Made by a program: the position numbers and the translations under genes. Under the pieces are notes generated by a model. The model did not search any database. It was not told the DNA's origin and saw only the letters and a program-made list of their open reading frames with translations. Positions 48,301-62,215 of a stretch of DNA of 64,000 nucleotides are shown one piece after another (position 1 is the first letter of the stretch; the number at the start of each line of letters is the position of its first letter). Source of the DNA: Perna viridis (Eukaryota). Location of the stretch: NCBI GenBank assembly GCA_037379345.1, contig CM074511.1:15562001-15626000 (forward strand), in the 5' to 3' direction.

Positions 48301-51300
48301 GATTATAAAAACAATGGAACGTTCTCCGTTTAATAGTTATTACCCTTATCTTTAAGCCAAAGTGAACGGCGATATGGCAGAAGGCTGTGTCTAAGCTTTC
48401 AGATCGAAAAAGACGCCAATCCGATTAGGAAGACCCTGCTGATACGCCAACATTTAATCCGACCTTAATCCAATTCAAATTTTGAGGATAACTTCTTTCT
48501 AGCACCTGATGTGTTTGTCAGATATACTATTTACATTTGTCGAATCTTACGAATTTTAAGAACCGCTTAACACATTTCAAAGTTGATATCTACATTTTGG
48601 AACCTTGCCCCATGGGAAAAATGAACATTCAACTTCCATAACATAATTAAATACATACAAGTGTGTTAGAAGAATATGGAATCTTCTTGGGTATTTGTTT
48701 CTATAGTGTACGCTAAAATTATAATTAGAAAGACTGATAGAGAAGTATTGCTCATCTATACTAATACGAAGATAGGAACTAAATAATTATACAAAAATCC
48801 GTCTCTAAGACTATGTGCTTCTGAAACAGATTTTATTGACAAAATTAAAAAAAAAACAATAGTAGCATCGTTAAAACATAAAAAAAAACAAACAAAAACA
48901 GAAATAACACCAATTTTAAACAAATCCTTGTTCTTTTTTTCGATACAAAACTAATTTGTATCTTTTCGATAATTCATAGAATATTACCATCTTATTTGGG
49001 TCATTTTTGACATGATGAAATCTGGACGAAATCTATCATTTGTGAGTCAAGTAGGTATGACAAGGATATACTGGGACTCAGTGGAATGACTAACCCATTT
49101 AGTACATACATGTAAATATTTCAAGCTTTTTCATTTAAATTGACTATAATAACAAACAGTACCAATACCATATTGTTTTGGATGAGTTCCTCTATTGTAA
49201 ATACAAATAAAAAGAAAATAATATAAGCCGTTTATCTTTTTTAACTTTTACACAAAAGAAGATGCCATTTTATATAATGTTACATACGTCTTCCGAATGG
49301 TATTAGTTTCTGAGTCAAACGAAATACGTAAAAAAGTCTGAGTGGGCGTTATTATATGTACCCGTATTGTTATTATATACTCTTTTATTATGAGATTAGT
49401 TTTTAATAAATCTAGAGTAAGATTGTCATATTTGATATGGATATTAGTCAGCTTAATTGTTTCTCGCTGTGTTTGATTTTCCGATAAGTGCCGTGTCTTA
49501 AAAGCCCTCGTATCTTAAAGCTGGTTTTGTGTATAGATCATTTTATGATGTTTAATGAAAACAAACTGTGTTTGCTTTGAAGAAAACACCATAACCATGT
49601 TAAACCTTGTTTGTAACTAGTTCCTGCATATTTAAGAATCTTTTTAGTTAGGTCACTTTATTTGCACAGCTTTCTTCCCAAGACCCAAGCAGGAAAACAT
49701 ATGCTTTACAACATTTTTTTCCAAAATATCTGCCGAACTGTGACAGATCATGTTCATCAATTAAATTTGAGTAAAATATTAAACACGATGTATAAACTAA
49801 AATTCTTTTTCTTCCTAAATCCTACAAAATTCAAAGTAAATACGCCCTACAAATAGTAGAAAGTGGTTCTCACGGTTAGAAAGTGTCAAACGATAATCTC
49901 AGTTGAAACGATAAGAGAAATAATTTATCAGACGTGTAGCGTTGTATGTTTTGACCCAACAATGATCGTAACTCAGATAAATTTAACTGGCCGAGAATTG
50001 ATCGAGAAGCTGCACCATTGTTTTTAAGTGTATTGATAATGAAAACTTTAAAAGGTATCAAGGCATCAAATGTATATAGTCAACACATTTCGACGCACCA
50101 GAGAGAAGCAAACTTGTAGTCACTCAGAGAGATCTAACCAAATCGGTTTATGCACTAATTTGTACACTGGATACAAACAGACGACCTGAAGATATTCATC
50201 GATAATGTAAAATATATAGTGGTAAAGCTTACAATGTCCCACCATCTTGAATATCCCTAATACCTTATGGCTAAATAGGCGCATTATTTCTCGGTATTTT
50301 GAATAAAAAATATCATATTTCGTTTCAGCAATTGTAAGGCGACTTAACCTGTACATAACCAAGAGAGGCATTCTTTTCTCATATTAAATTGAGATAGAGG
50401 ACGCATCCATCCAAACAACAAAACAACTTTAAACTCAATTGTTAAGAAAAAGGTTTAAATTTTGCAATGATACTCAGATAATTTTATCACCGTCATGGTT
50501 GCGATGTCACCTATAAGCCAGGGATTTAAAATTTCTAAAAATTCGATACAAAGCTATCGTTTCCCATCTTTTTTTCAACTTATGTTTATCTAACATGTTC
50601 TTATATGAGCTATGAAACAAAGAAGATCCTAGCCTACCCATGCAAATCTTCCCTAATGGCTTCACAACATACAGTATCAAGTACTGCAATTTAGGTCACC
50701 ACCTAAGGCAAGACTAGAATTTCTTCATATTAAAGATTTAAACTAGTAAATCAGCTATTTTCATCTGTTTGGATCAGGACTTAAATGGTTAAACAAGATT
50801 AAAGAATGTTTACAGAAATCATTGGAAAATATTTGATAATTTGGTTTACCTGACACAATAACATTTCTCCATGTTGAACTAGAGGGTTAATATTGTTTGG
50901 ATAATCATATTATCTAGTCACACAAACACCTGTATATCACATCAAACAACAATGATTGGTGGTGGTACCTAATTGTTGATTAGCATCTCTGAAACGATAG
51001 AGGTTTACTGTATACTGGGCAAAATAAACCTATTTAACATTTACATCAAACTGTAATCTAACAAATCACAGATAAATCTGTAGAAGACAGCTTAATTGAT
51101 GAAAAATAATGATGAAACCTTGGGAGGGGATTCTGGGGGTTGGAACCCCCTTTCGTTAGAAAAGTTTGTTAAGTTAATGCAAATTTTGGACAAAACTGGC
51201 AAAGATACCCTTTTTTAAAGATAAATTTCTGGATTGCCTCTCCCCTTTATAAAGTTCCTAATCTGCTGGTGGAAAGGGTGTCATGTTTAAACAAAGAGAA

Positions 51301-53159
51301 CAACATGATACCATCCTCTATTCATATTGATCAATTTTACATGATGGAAACTAATGATCTTGCACATTTCAGCCCCAAGCACCAATGCTGAAATTTGGAT
51401 TTTATTTAAAGAAGGGGTTCAATGGGTGACATGCTGTGTGTATGCCCCTCTAAACTTGTGTAAAATAAATTCATGAAATCTTAATTTTCACAACATAAAC
51501 AATGCAAATCATTTTGACTATGCCATCCTTACCACAAAACCTGGATCCATCTAGACTTGCTATAAGTCTCTCTGTATTAATAATTTACAAACTGTATATA
51601 CCTCTACACCATTAAGTAGCACTCCCGCTAAGAATCATGAAAAATGTGATACATGAGTGAAAAGCCTACATAGTTTTATTTTTGAAATTTTGTTAGGATT
51701 GCCATAGTAAACAGAAATTAACATTCGGTTTTTCATATAACCAGTGTTCTTAGGAGATAAAAATAGAATGCACTGTAGATTTTGAAGTTAAGGGAGATAA
51801 CTATAAATGACACTAAAATACAATATAATCTATTGGATTTTCAATGTTGATTATCTCCTAAGAGCAGACAGATTGGAATGAATAAATACACATTTCATAG
51901 TATAGACCCATAAAACAATTTAATTACAAAAGTAAAAATATGTAGCCTTTTGGGAGGTGTATCACAGTTAACAGATTTTGCATGATTCTTACAAAGACTA
52001 CTACTTAACTATTCATCTCTTTACTGCAGAAAAATAGTGAATGACAGTATCAATTTAAATGAATACATATGTTACAGAGAGATTTGTAGCAAGTCTAGGA
52101 TCCAAACATTCTTTACATACCAGTATCATTTGTATCTGCTGATTCCACCTTTTCAACTTGGTGAAGTCATTCACTGGTTCAATTCTCACAAGAATATCAA
52201 TCAGTTGATTACTGATACTGATCTGATTTATTTATGTTTTAGCTTGACCCTTACTAATAACTGACGACCAGTTGATTCAACCTAAAATCTCTCGTTTTTT
52301 TAATTCATTACAAAGTTAAAATTAAAGTTGATTCAATTTGAATTAACATTCATCAGTATATTGATATATAAGATTCAGAAATCTCCTTGCTGATTCAAAC
52401 ATTAACTTGTTAGTAGGTTCAATTTGATCTGATTCAACCACCATTGGTTAAATGAAAAGCTATAACTTTATTTAGTTTAGAATTTCAAAAAAAAATATAC
52501 ATTCAGCATGAACACAGCTAACTGGTATAAGTTAACAGCACTCTTAGGATTATGTACAAATATTTTCAAAAGTAAATCTTTCCAGCCTTATCTAACCTCT
52601 ACTTTCAAACTACATCAAAACACCTCCCATTATGGTTTGGTGTGTCTCTTTAACCTAAATTTTCAAAACAATAAGTTTGATTTTAATGAAGAAATGAATC
52701 ATGGTGCAGCATTTGTGAGGCAGAGTTGGTAAAAAGTGATATCCTCTAAGTGGTCCTTCAATAAATCCTGTTGGTCCTAGAATCCTAGGTAATGTCCCTA
52801 ATGTAAAATTCACAAATATTTCCAAACAAATAATGCTGAAAATTTGACAGATAGGACCGACAATTTTTGTTCACTCTGGTGAGGGGAAGTAGCATCATGA
52901 AAATTGAATAATTACACTTGTAAGTTTTTCTTTATAGAGAACATTATAATAGAATCTAGTTTTCTTTCTGGACTCCATACTTAAGATGAGCCTATTGATT
53001 TATACTTAAAAAAAAAAAAAACGATGTATTCAGGAGAGATTTTGGAATTAATCTTGAAGATTGCAAAATTTGTACCCCCTTGTAGATAAAAAGGCTTTGA
53101 ATTTCTTTGTTTGTGATCTACATTAAATAGTTTTCAACCTTCAAAAGGTCAAAGGTTGG

Positions 53160-54136
53160 AATCATCTTCCAAATATACAGAGGAAGATGTTTACAAAATG
53201 CTGGAATTTTTAATCGACAACATATTTGTCCAGTGAGGTGGACATGTTTTTCAACAAACAGTCGGCATTTCAATGGGAACAAATTGTGCTCCTTTACTTG
53301 CTGACCTATTCCTTCACTCTTATGAGGCTGACTTATAGCTGATCTGATCAAAAAGAAAAAATATTGTTTTGCTAGATCCTTCAATCTCAGTTTCCGCTAT
53401 ATAGATGATATCTTTAAACAATCCTAATTTCGGGGATTTGATACATCACATCTACCCAAAAGAACTTGTGATAAAGGATACTACAGACACTGTGGTGTCA
53501 GCCTCTTATCTTGACCTACACTTAGAAATTGATGGTAAAAAAAAAACTATTGACCAAACTTTACGACAAACATGATGACTTTTCATTCAGAATTGTCAAC
53601 TTTCCTTTCATCTGTGGCAACACCTGCGTATGGAATGTTCATATCACAACTCATACGTTATGCCAGAGCTTGCCGAAACTACGCAGACTTTTTGTATCGC
53701 ACTACAACTCTAACAAATAGGCTTCTGGAACAGGGTTATGTTGCTACAAGATTGAAGTCATCACTACAGAAGTTCTATGGTCGTCATCATGAACTCGTGG
53801 ATTGTTATGGTGTATCCATCTGCACCATGAAAACTGATGTATTCAACAGGACATAGTTTTCCTTTCCTCATTTGTCTACTCTGGACTTGACTTTTTATGA
53901 GCAACTCGGGGGGTGTTTCTAGAAAAGCAGAGGATGCTTACCCTACCGGTGCACCTGGTCCATGCTCCCAGTTTTTAGTGAAGTCCGAGTTGCTCATTTG
54001 CTTTTGTTACTTTGTATGTATGATTTTAGTTACTGTATTTTCTTTGTTGTGTATGTCTGTTTTCCATGTCGGGTCGTTGTCCCTGGATTACATTCTTTTG
54101 ATTACCGCTATAACCTTGGTTCCCTTGATTACTCTT
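53160..54136 (+). mobile_element. 5'-truncated, frameshifted Penelope-like retroelement (Naiad-type: RT at C-terminus) with 3' UTR
   Basis: Frames give MLEFLIDNIFVQ*GGHVFQQTVGISMGTNCAPLLADLFL, FRYIDD, SASYLDL, TKLYDKHDDFSFRIVNFPF, PAYGMFISQLIRYARAC; ORF stops at 53856 with no C-terminal GIY-YIG. Confidence 0.85.
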
Positions 54137-54337
54137 GGAGAAGAGTTATTCTACATTAATTCAAAGGACCAAATCCAGGACATCCCATTTTATACTGATC
54201 TTTAACAACCTTATATCAACACATAATAAAAGAATGAAGCAAATATTCCCAATACATTTGTAGTCTATGTGCACAGCCATTATTATTTAACAATATCACA
54301 GAAAACAGAACATAACAGCACCAACCAAATATCAATT

Positions 54338-54530
54338 TCATGACATTAAAATTTCTCTTCGAAGTTTTTCATCAGTCAAAATTGTATCATCCACTGGGTT
54401 GTCTTCTGCTATAACAGTGACGTTACCATGGCAACTAACCACACTACCATCTTGATTCATCTGCTGATCATTGTCATCATCTTCAAGCTGGCACAATAAA
54501 TTGTCATTTTCATATGTTGGAAAGAAGTAT
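54338..54530 (-). CDS. ZNF277: Last coding exon of zinc finger protein 277
   Basis: YFFPTYENDNLLCQLEDDD...VIAED...ILMS-stop matches the recalled ZNF277 C-terminal signature (YYFPTYENDTLLCTL...IISED). Minus-strand acceptor tcttttgcag, phase 2. Upstream exons not found in the window. Confidence 0.85.
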
Positions 54531-56420
54531 CTGCAAAAGATAAACATAATTATGATAAAAAAAACAAGACCGTATACAACTCACTTCCATAAGGAGTCTT
54601 CCTATCATTTTACCATTGGAGACTAGGGTAGATTTCACGAATATAAAATTGTTTTTTTTACCTATTTTGATTTTAAGATACTGACAAAATAAAAAATAAC
54701 TGCAAAAAATGGTAATTTTTCACCTTTCAAGGGTAATAACTTTAATAAAGAGTTGTCCTATAATGAGGACTTTGAAGAGCACTTGGATACAATTTATGAA
54801 GCAGTTTTAGAGAAGCTTTTTAAAGAAGAGTACTTAACACAAATTTTCATGAAAACTATTGCCATACAACCTTTTATAGTAATTATATACTCACCTAAGT
54901 TTGAATGAAATCTGACAAAAAATGAAAGCCCCATTTAGAAAACAAATAAGTGTCCCCAAAAATGGATACCTACAAAATCATACCCACCCTAGGTTAAAAG
55001 CATTTAATACAGGTTTGAAGGAAATTAGTCAAGAAATGAAGGTACTATCCAAGCAACAATATAATATAGTAATGAATGTCAAACTGAAAGACAAACAGAA
55101 AGAAGAACAGACCAGTCAGAAACATCATATCCTATGCAACTTCATTGCATGGGGTATATCTATAAGTGTAAATCCTTAAAAAAAAACCCACTTAATTGGC
55201 TTAAGTTTATAAATAATAACAATAATAATAGATTTTGTAGCCTTTAAAATGATATATTCTTAGACACTAGTATTGGATCTGTGAATATTGGAGTCCTTAT
55301 TTCTATGGATATTTAATACATTTCAAATTTTAATTCCCATTAACCCCGAATACTTTTACAAAACTAATATATTATTATGGAATCTTATCTAATTTAACTC
55401 CAACTTGAGAACCACTTAGTGAAATAATTGTTGTTTTTTTTAATAAAATGCATTATCAAGGAGCACTTGTACCAAGATATTTAGACAGACAAGATGAAAA
55501 ACAGTATACATGAATAATTATAAAGTCTGTATCCATCCTTTATAACCCCTTATCAAATCACAAATCAAATTTACATTGATAAAAATGGATCATAAACTTA
55601 TATTAATTTTTGCCATCACAAAGGTTGACTACTTAAAGATGAAAACTAATTTCCCATCTTGTGCTTGATTTCACAGGATTTATTAAAAAGGAATTTACTC
55701 CATTCAAGCAGTTAGTGGTTACTATGACAAATGATACAACATACATTATGTTATTGATTTGAATAATGCATCACTATAAATAATTATCAGATTTTGTGGT
55801 TTTTGACAGAAAATGTGTCACCCATCATCAACTTAGGGTACTTTATCGAATACCTAGGGCTATTCAATAGACAAAAACAAATATTTTGGTTCATAGCTTT
55901 CAGCAGAAAGGAGGTACACAACAGGATGACACTTTCTTTAACAATTTTTTAATAAAACATTGCAAACTGGAATTTTAATCAAAGAAGTAGGCTAGCAAAA
56001 AGTTCACAAATAAATTTTTATTACTCTTGATAAGAGCCTTGATAAATGAGCAAATGGCACTCCTTGTGAAGTATAGTACCCTTTAAACTCAATACCATAT
56101 TTTGTACAATTTGTATAGGACCCTTTGAGTACTCCTAGCCCTGAGGTGACATGTTTTGATACTCCATGACTTTTAACCAAATGGTATGAAACAGTTTAAA
56201 CTAGTACACTCACAATTTCCATATTTGAAATATGGGGACTGCAATGTTAATATACAGGAAAGATACACAGAACACAATCAATGTTCACTCATGCTTAATT
56301 TGACATGTGTCGCTTTAGTTCCAACAAGTGTGACCAAAAGCAATGTATTGAGTATAGGCTTCTTAAAGTAAAAAGTTGCTCTAATTACTCTATGCATTTA
56401 TTAGAAAAAAAAATCTTTTT

Positions 56421-56706
56421 AGAAAAGGCACTATCTCACAGGACACTATGTAGAAAAAAGGCATAATCTCAGAGCCCACTACATCATTAGAAAAGGCACT
56501 ATCTCACAGGACACTATGTAGAAAAGGCATAATCTCAGAGCCCACTACATCATTAGAAAAGGCACTATCTCACAGGACACTATGTAGAAAAGGCATAATC
56601 TCAGAGCCCACTACATCATTAGAAAAGGCAATATCTCTGAGCCCACTACTTCATTAGAAAAGGCATTATCTCAGGGCACACTATGTCATAAGAAAAGGCA
56701 ATATCT
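56421..56706. repeat. Minisatellite of alternating 31/35-bp subunits (66-bp dimer)
   Basis: agaaaaggcactatctcacaggacactatgt + agaaaaggcataatctcagagcccactacatcatt. Confidence 0.9.
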
Positions 56707-59700
56707 TAGTAGATGTTTAAAATTTTGTTGGGTAAAAAATCAGCAAGGTTTAAAATCAAAAGACAATGTTTCTCCAATAGAATTATTTTTGGAAATGCCA
56801 AATCTGCAGAAAAGCAAAATCATTTTATTTTTATTCTGATTCAGTGTGGGTTGAAATTCACTACCTACTCAAGAGAAAGTGACCATGTGATCACTGAAGC
56901 ATAATTAATACCTTTAATAATCTAAAAATTGGATTTGATGGACTTATAAATTATCTAATCTGTGACATAAAATCATTTAAGGTTACTTGAAACCCAACAC
57001 TAACTAAAACAGTTATGTCAACTTCTTAATGCAAATCATCACATCCAATGTTACCTGTAAATCAATAAAAAATTTACTGAATAAGACAAACTTCCTATCC
57101 TACATACTCCTGTCATTAAAAACTTAGGAAGCAAAATAAATGGTCAATGTTACTTTCATAAACAAGATTAAACCATATACCCAATTCAAACAAACCTGGC
57201 TTTTCTGATGTTTGCTTGTAGATTTTTCACTTAAAAATCAATTTCTTCGAGCTTAAAGGATGAATTAAGAAATGGAGTAAGATAACTGCTGCTAAACAAC
57301 TAAGACTTCACACTTCACATCAAAAGACCAAATAATACAAAACACTTGTTCAATACGGTTTTCCAATGCATCATAAACTTAGCTTCAGTGACCCAACCCA
57401 ACAATTTGCTAATTTTATTCTAATTTGTCAGGTGTGAGATTAAATCAACTAACTTACAGGTGTAGTAAATAATCTAAACACACATCCTTCTAGATAGAAC
57501 TTCAAAGATATGTTGTTGGATTACAAAATTACTGGGTCGTTGGCAATAATCAAACCCAGTCTAAACTGATTTAAATGCCTGTTTCATAAAAGATGGAAGG
57601 CTCCCCATTAAAAATACAAGAATAAAGATCAAAGTCAAGGATTTTTCTTATGCTAATGAGGATTTTAGGACAAGAAAATGTTAACAAACAGAGGTGGTAT
57701 TGTAAGCCTGACAAGCTCGGTACATCGCTGTGACAAACCCCTGACCCAAGTTTCAATCACAGACCTGTGGTCTCTCGTTTCTTTTTCACGGTTGTCTTTC
57801 TACTTGTCCTCATATTGAATGGATCACGTCAACCTGTAAAGTCACTCAGTAAGTAACCTGATCCATCACATTAATTTTATGTCGTTGATATTAGAGTTTT
57901 CTTGTAAATTAAGATTTTATAGGTGGCAATTTTCATCATGAATACATCAAGTTTGAATAACAAAGCGAGAGTATCCATAGCACTTATGATGATAAGGTCT
58001 AGCTTTTGAACAAAAGACCCAGACCTCCAACTGTTGACACTGTGAACACTTGCTTTCATAGAATTGAATTCATATTTCCTGTTGCAAACAAAAAGAACAA
58101 TAATGTTGTGACAAAAAACACTGGCAATACTGACAAACATCGTTCTGAGGTAATGACCTAGATTTCAAGCTGTGGCAAAGTTAAGGCTTCCAGAAACAAC
58201 CCACATACAAAACTTACAATTACTATATAAAAATGATGATAAAGCCAACATGAAAAAAATGACAGAATCATTAAATGGAAATCTTTATGGAATCAGAAAA
58301 AATACATTCTTTTGATTTTCATGAATAACTTGCAAAATAAAACCATAATTTCTTAAATAGTTTCTAAAGTAAAGCTATATAGCCAAACAGGAGCATACAT
58401 TTTCGTACTTTTTAAACCTTGTTGTGCCAGTTCAATTTAATTCTGATACTTCTACTGGTATATACTGAGGGAGACGAATGATATTTGCAACATATAACCA
58501 GGACAGCATACAAAATAGCAAGACACAGATAAAAACTGTTCATAGCAAATAAGAATTTTCATTTTTTTTATTGGGATAGATACCTGGAGGATAACAATGA
58601 TAACAGTATGAGACATCAAACTTCTTCCATTCTAAACTGGTGATTAAAAATGCATGTGACTTTTTAACCACAAGGTGATGAATACTAGTACATGTATTTT
58701 AAAGTGGTTCACAGTGGATTGAATATGAACTTTAGAAGCTTCAAAATTCTTCCAAGTACAACTTTCACTTGTCTGAATGGTAGTTTCACTTGTTCCGGGC
58801 AAGAGAACAACCTTTAGCTTCATACCCTGGCCTATATACCATCAATTTTAAGTACAATGACCTGACAGGCCCATGACCATTTCAACCAATGACCTCTAAT
58901 ACTCAAAACACTGACTCAACAGAAATTCTTAAATGACAACTGGGTGCCAAGTAGAAGAATGCTGGCCAACAATATACACACTATTGTATTATCAGTTAAA
59001 GATGGGGTACAATCAATCAAAAACATATTATCAAATTTAAATAAAATCATTTTGATTAATGTATTTGTGGGTGTATGACGTTTTCTTCATTTAACTGTTA
59101 ATTTCAGTCCAAATTTCAAATTTCTGACATAGCTATCAACCAATTTTACATACCAAATACAATACCATCCTTTTCTCATGACCTACCAGTGCCTGACTTA
59201 CATTGACCTAGAACTATTCAAATTTGAAATAAAGCCATTTTATGAAAATCATAAAATATTAATTTGAGTAGACATGGCTTTTTTGTTCGTTGGTACAAAC
59301 TGGAGTCAATATTAAATATCTGTCAAGATATGTTATCCCCACAAAGAACTTTTATGTAGATCTAAAATGATACTAACCATTGCTTTTAATTGTTTTCTTT
59401 GAAAAATGAAAGAAAATTTTTGATTTAATTTAAAAATAAGCAGAGCATAAGATAGGCATGATTACGACAACATTACCATTGACAAAAGATTGAGATCGGG
59501 TGATATTATAATGTACTTGAAAACTGATAGGCGTCATCAAAAATTTTCCAATTTCAGTCACAAATAATGGTTTGTATTGACAGTTTTCTTCTTAATAACA
59601 TAGATATGTAATAAAAAAACCTTTCTTAAGAACCAGAAAAATACTTGAATATGATTACAAAGTGTCTTTCATAACAAACATTGAGAAGATTGATGACTTT

Positions 59701-60119
59701 GAAAGCACCCATATAGCACTTCATCGAATGCTGTTGACATCATTTTTTAACAAAACCATCTTTGACTTGAGAAGAAAAATGACTTTTCAAAATCATGGAG
59801 TCAGAAAATTCCATGTCATTAAATTCCCTTAAAGTAGTTTGTACTTCCGATTAGTTCTACAATTGTGCCTAATGTCAAGAAATGACAATCAACAAAGTGA
59901 TTATGAAACTGCACTTGGTTTACATCATCGGAATCAATTTAGCTAAAAACAATTCCAGGTCACTTTAACTTGAGTGGATGGAGTATATTTCAGTGCTTGT
60001 AATAATGATAAAAAAGCCATGGAATTGGTTAATATAAAAATAAGAGATGTAAGACAGATATTTAGTTTACACAGCTTAAAAAATATTAAAACTGATATAA
60101 AGTGACTTCAGAAGATGAT

Positions 60120-61208
60120 TGATTTACACAGGTAACACATTTATCCAGTGTTCAGGTTTACACAGGTTATTCATTTAACCAGGGTTTGGGTTTACACAGG
60201 TAACTCATTTATCCAGGGTAAGGGTTTACACAGGTAACTCATTTATCCGGGGTTTGGGTTACACAGGTAACTCATTTATTCAGTGTTCAGGTTTACACAG
60301 GTAACTCATTTATCCAGGGTTCAGGTTTACACAGTTAAGTTATTTATCCAGGGTTTGGATTACACAGGTAACTCATTTATCCAGTGTTCGGATTTACACA
60401 GGTAACTCCTTTATCCAGTGTTTGGGTTTACACAGGGACTTATTTATCCACAGTTTGGGTTACACAGGTAACTCATCATCCAGTGTTTGGGTTTACACAG
60501 GTAACTCATTTATCCAATGTTTGGGTTTACACAGGTAACTCATTTAACCAGTGTTTGGGTTTACACAGGTAACTCATTTATACAGTGTTTGGTTTACACA
60601 GGTAACTAATTTATCCTGTTCTTGGGTTTACACTGGTAACACATTTATACAGGGTTTGGTTTACACGTTACTTATTTATACAGTGTTTGGGTTTACACAG
60701 GTAACTTATTTATCCAGGCTTTTGGGTTACACAGTTAACTCATTTATTCAGTGTTCAGGTTTACACAGGTAACTCATTTATCCAGGGTTCAGGTTTACAC
60801 ACGTAACTCATTTATCCAGGGTTCAGGTTTACACAGGTAACTCATTTATCCAGGGTTCAGGTTTACACAGGTAACTCATTTATCCAGGGTTTGGCTTACA
60901 CAGGTAACTCATTTATCCAGTGTTCAGGTTTACACAGGTAACTCATTTATCCAGTGTTTGGGTTTACACAGGTAACTCATTTATCCAATGTTTGGGTTTA
61001 CACAGGTAACTCATTATCCAGTGTTTGGGTTTACACAGGTAACTCATTTATCCAATGTTTGGGTTTACACAGGTAACTCATTTAACCAGTGTTTGGGTTT
61101 ACACAGGTAACTCATTTATACAGTGTTTGGTTTACACAGGTAACTAATTTATCCTGTTCTTGGGTTTACACTGGTAACACATTTATACAGGGTTTGGTTT
61201 ACACAGGT
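60120..61208. repeat. Minisatellite, ~34-bp unit, ~32 copies
   Basis: gggtttacacaggtaactcatttatccagtgttt repeated. Confidence 0.95.
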
Positions 61209-61569
61209 GTCACTAAAGTTACAATAGATTTCTTCCCTAACTGGTATTTACAGATATATATATATTTACTGGTACACTGTATTAAGTAATGATCTGAGGT
61301 TAAACAAAGAAATGCACTAGGACAAATAGAATTATTTAAGAATTAACTATTATTTTTTCGGTCTATGATAAAGTAACCTAAATCAAATAGTGCACACTAA
61401 ATAACTGTGCTACGCCAGTATATACTGTACTGTGATCATCAACACTTTACCATGAGTGTCAACTCAGCCCTAAATCAGAATACATAGTCACTGTCCAATG
61501 TCAGCCTACAAAATACTGTGCCAATCTACAAATTACTGCTAGTCCATATTGTACCACATATATGTCTGT

Positions 61570-61856
61570 TCTACACTGATTTATACCAGTCTACACTGTT
61601 CTATTGCCAGTCTTTTATGCAAGTCTACACTGTTCTATGCCAGTCTGTTATGCCAGTCTACACTGTTCTATGCAAGTCTGTTATGCCAGTCTACACTGTT
61701 CTACACCATTTTACACTGTCCTAATCTATGCAAGTCTATTATGCCAGCCTACACTGTTCTATGCCAGTTTACATTGTTCTGTACCAGTCTACACTGTTTT
61801 AGTCCAGACTGCACTGTGTAATGCCAGTCTACACTGTTCTATGCAATTATACACTT
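61570..61856. repeat. Degenerate minisatellite built on atgccagtctacactgttct
   Basis: Repeated 20-33-bp units. Confidence 0.85.
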
Positions 61857-62140
61857 TCAGCTTGCTAAATTATGGGTATGTCAATTTTCACTATTTTCAA
61901 AAGTAGTGGAATCTGTAAATAGTAAGATCAATTAACTTTCAACTTCACTTTTTAGAGTGGGGTGATATAGTTATGAGTATGTATGTTTGCATGGTATATT
62001 CCATTTACAATTGTAGAATTATAAAAATTTGTAAAAGGCAAAAATATCATTACTGTAACAACATCATGGTTTATATGAATTAAAGCTTATACATTTTTAT
62101 ACATTATTTTTTTGGACAGAAAAGTTAAGCCTTTCAACAG

Positions 62141-62215
62141 GTATTCCTACACGCCAGTGAGTTCATTTAAGCCTCTGTATTCCTACACGCCAGTGAGTTC
62201 ATTTAAGCCTCTGTA
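62141..62215. repeat. 36-bp direct tandem duplication
   Basis: gtattcctacacgccagtgagttcatttaagcctct x2. Confidence 0.9.

Noticed and set aside
53897-54205. 102-aa ORF MSNSGGVSRKAEDAYPTGAPG
   Set aside because: Lies in the retroelement 3' UTR and overlaps an RNA stem; no support as a host gene
60120-61208. CRISPR-like or telomere-like array
   Set aside because: No unique spacers or cas genes, eukaryotic context, and the unit is not TTAGGG-based
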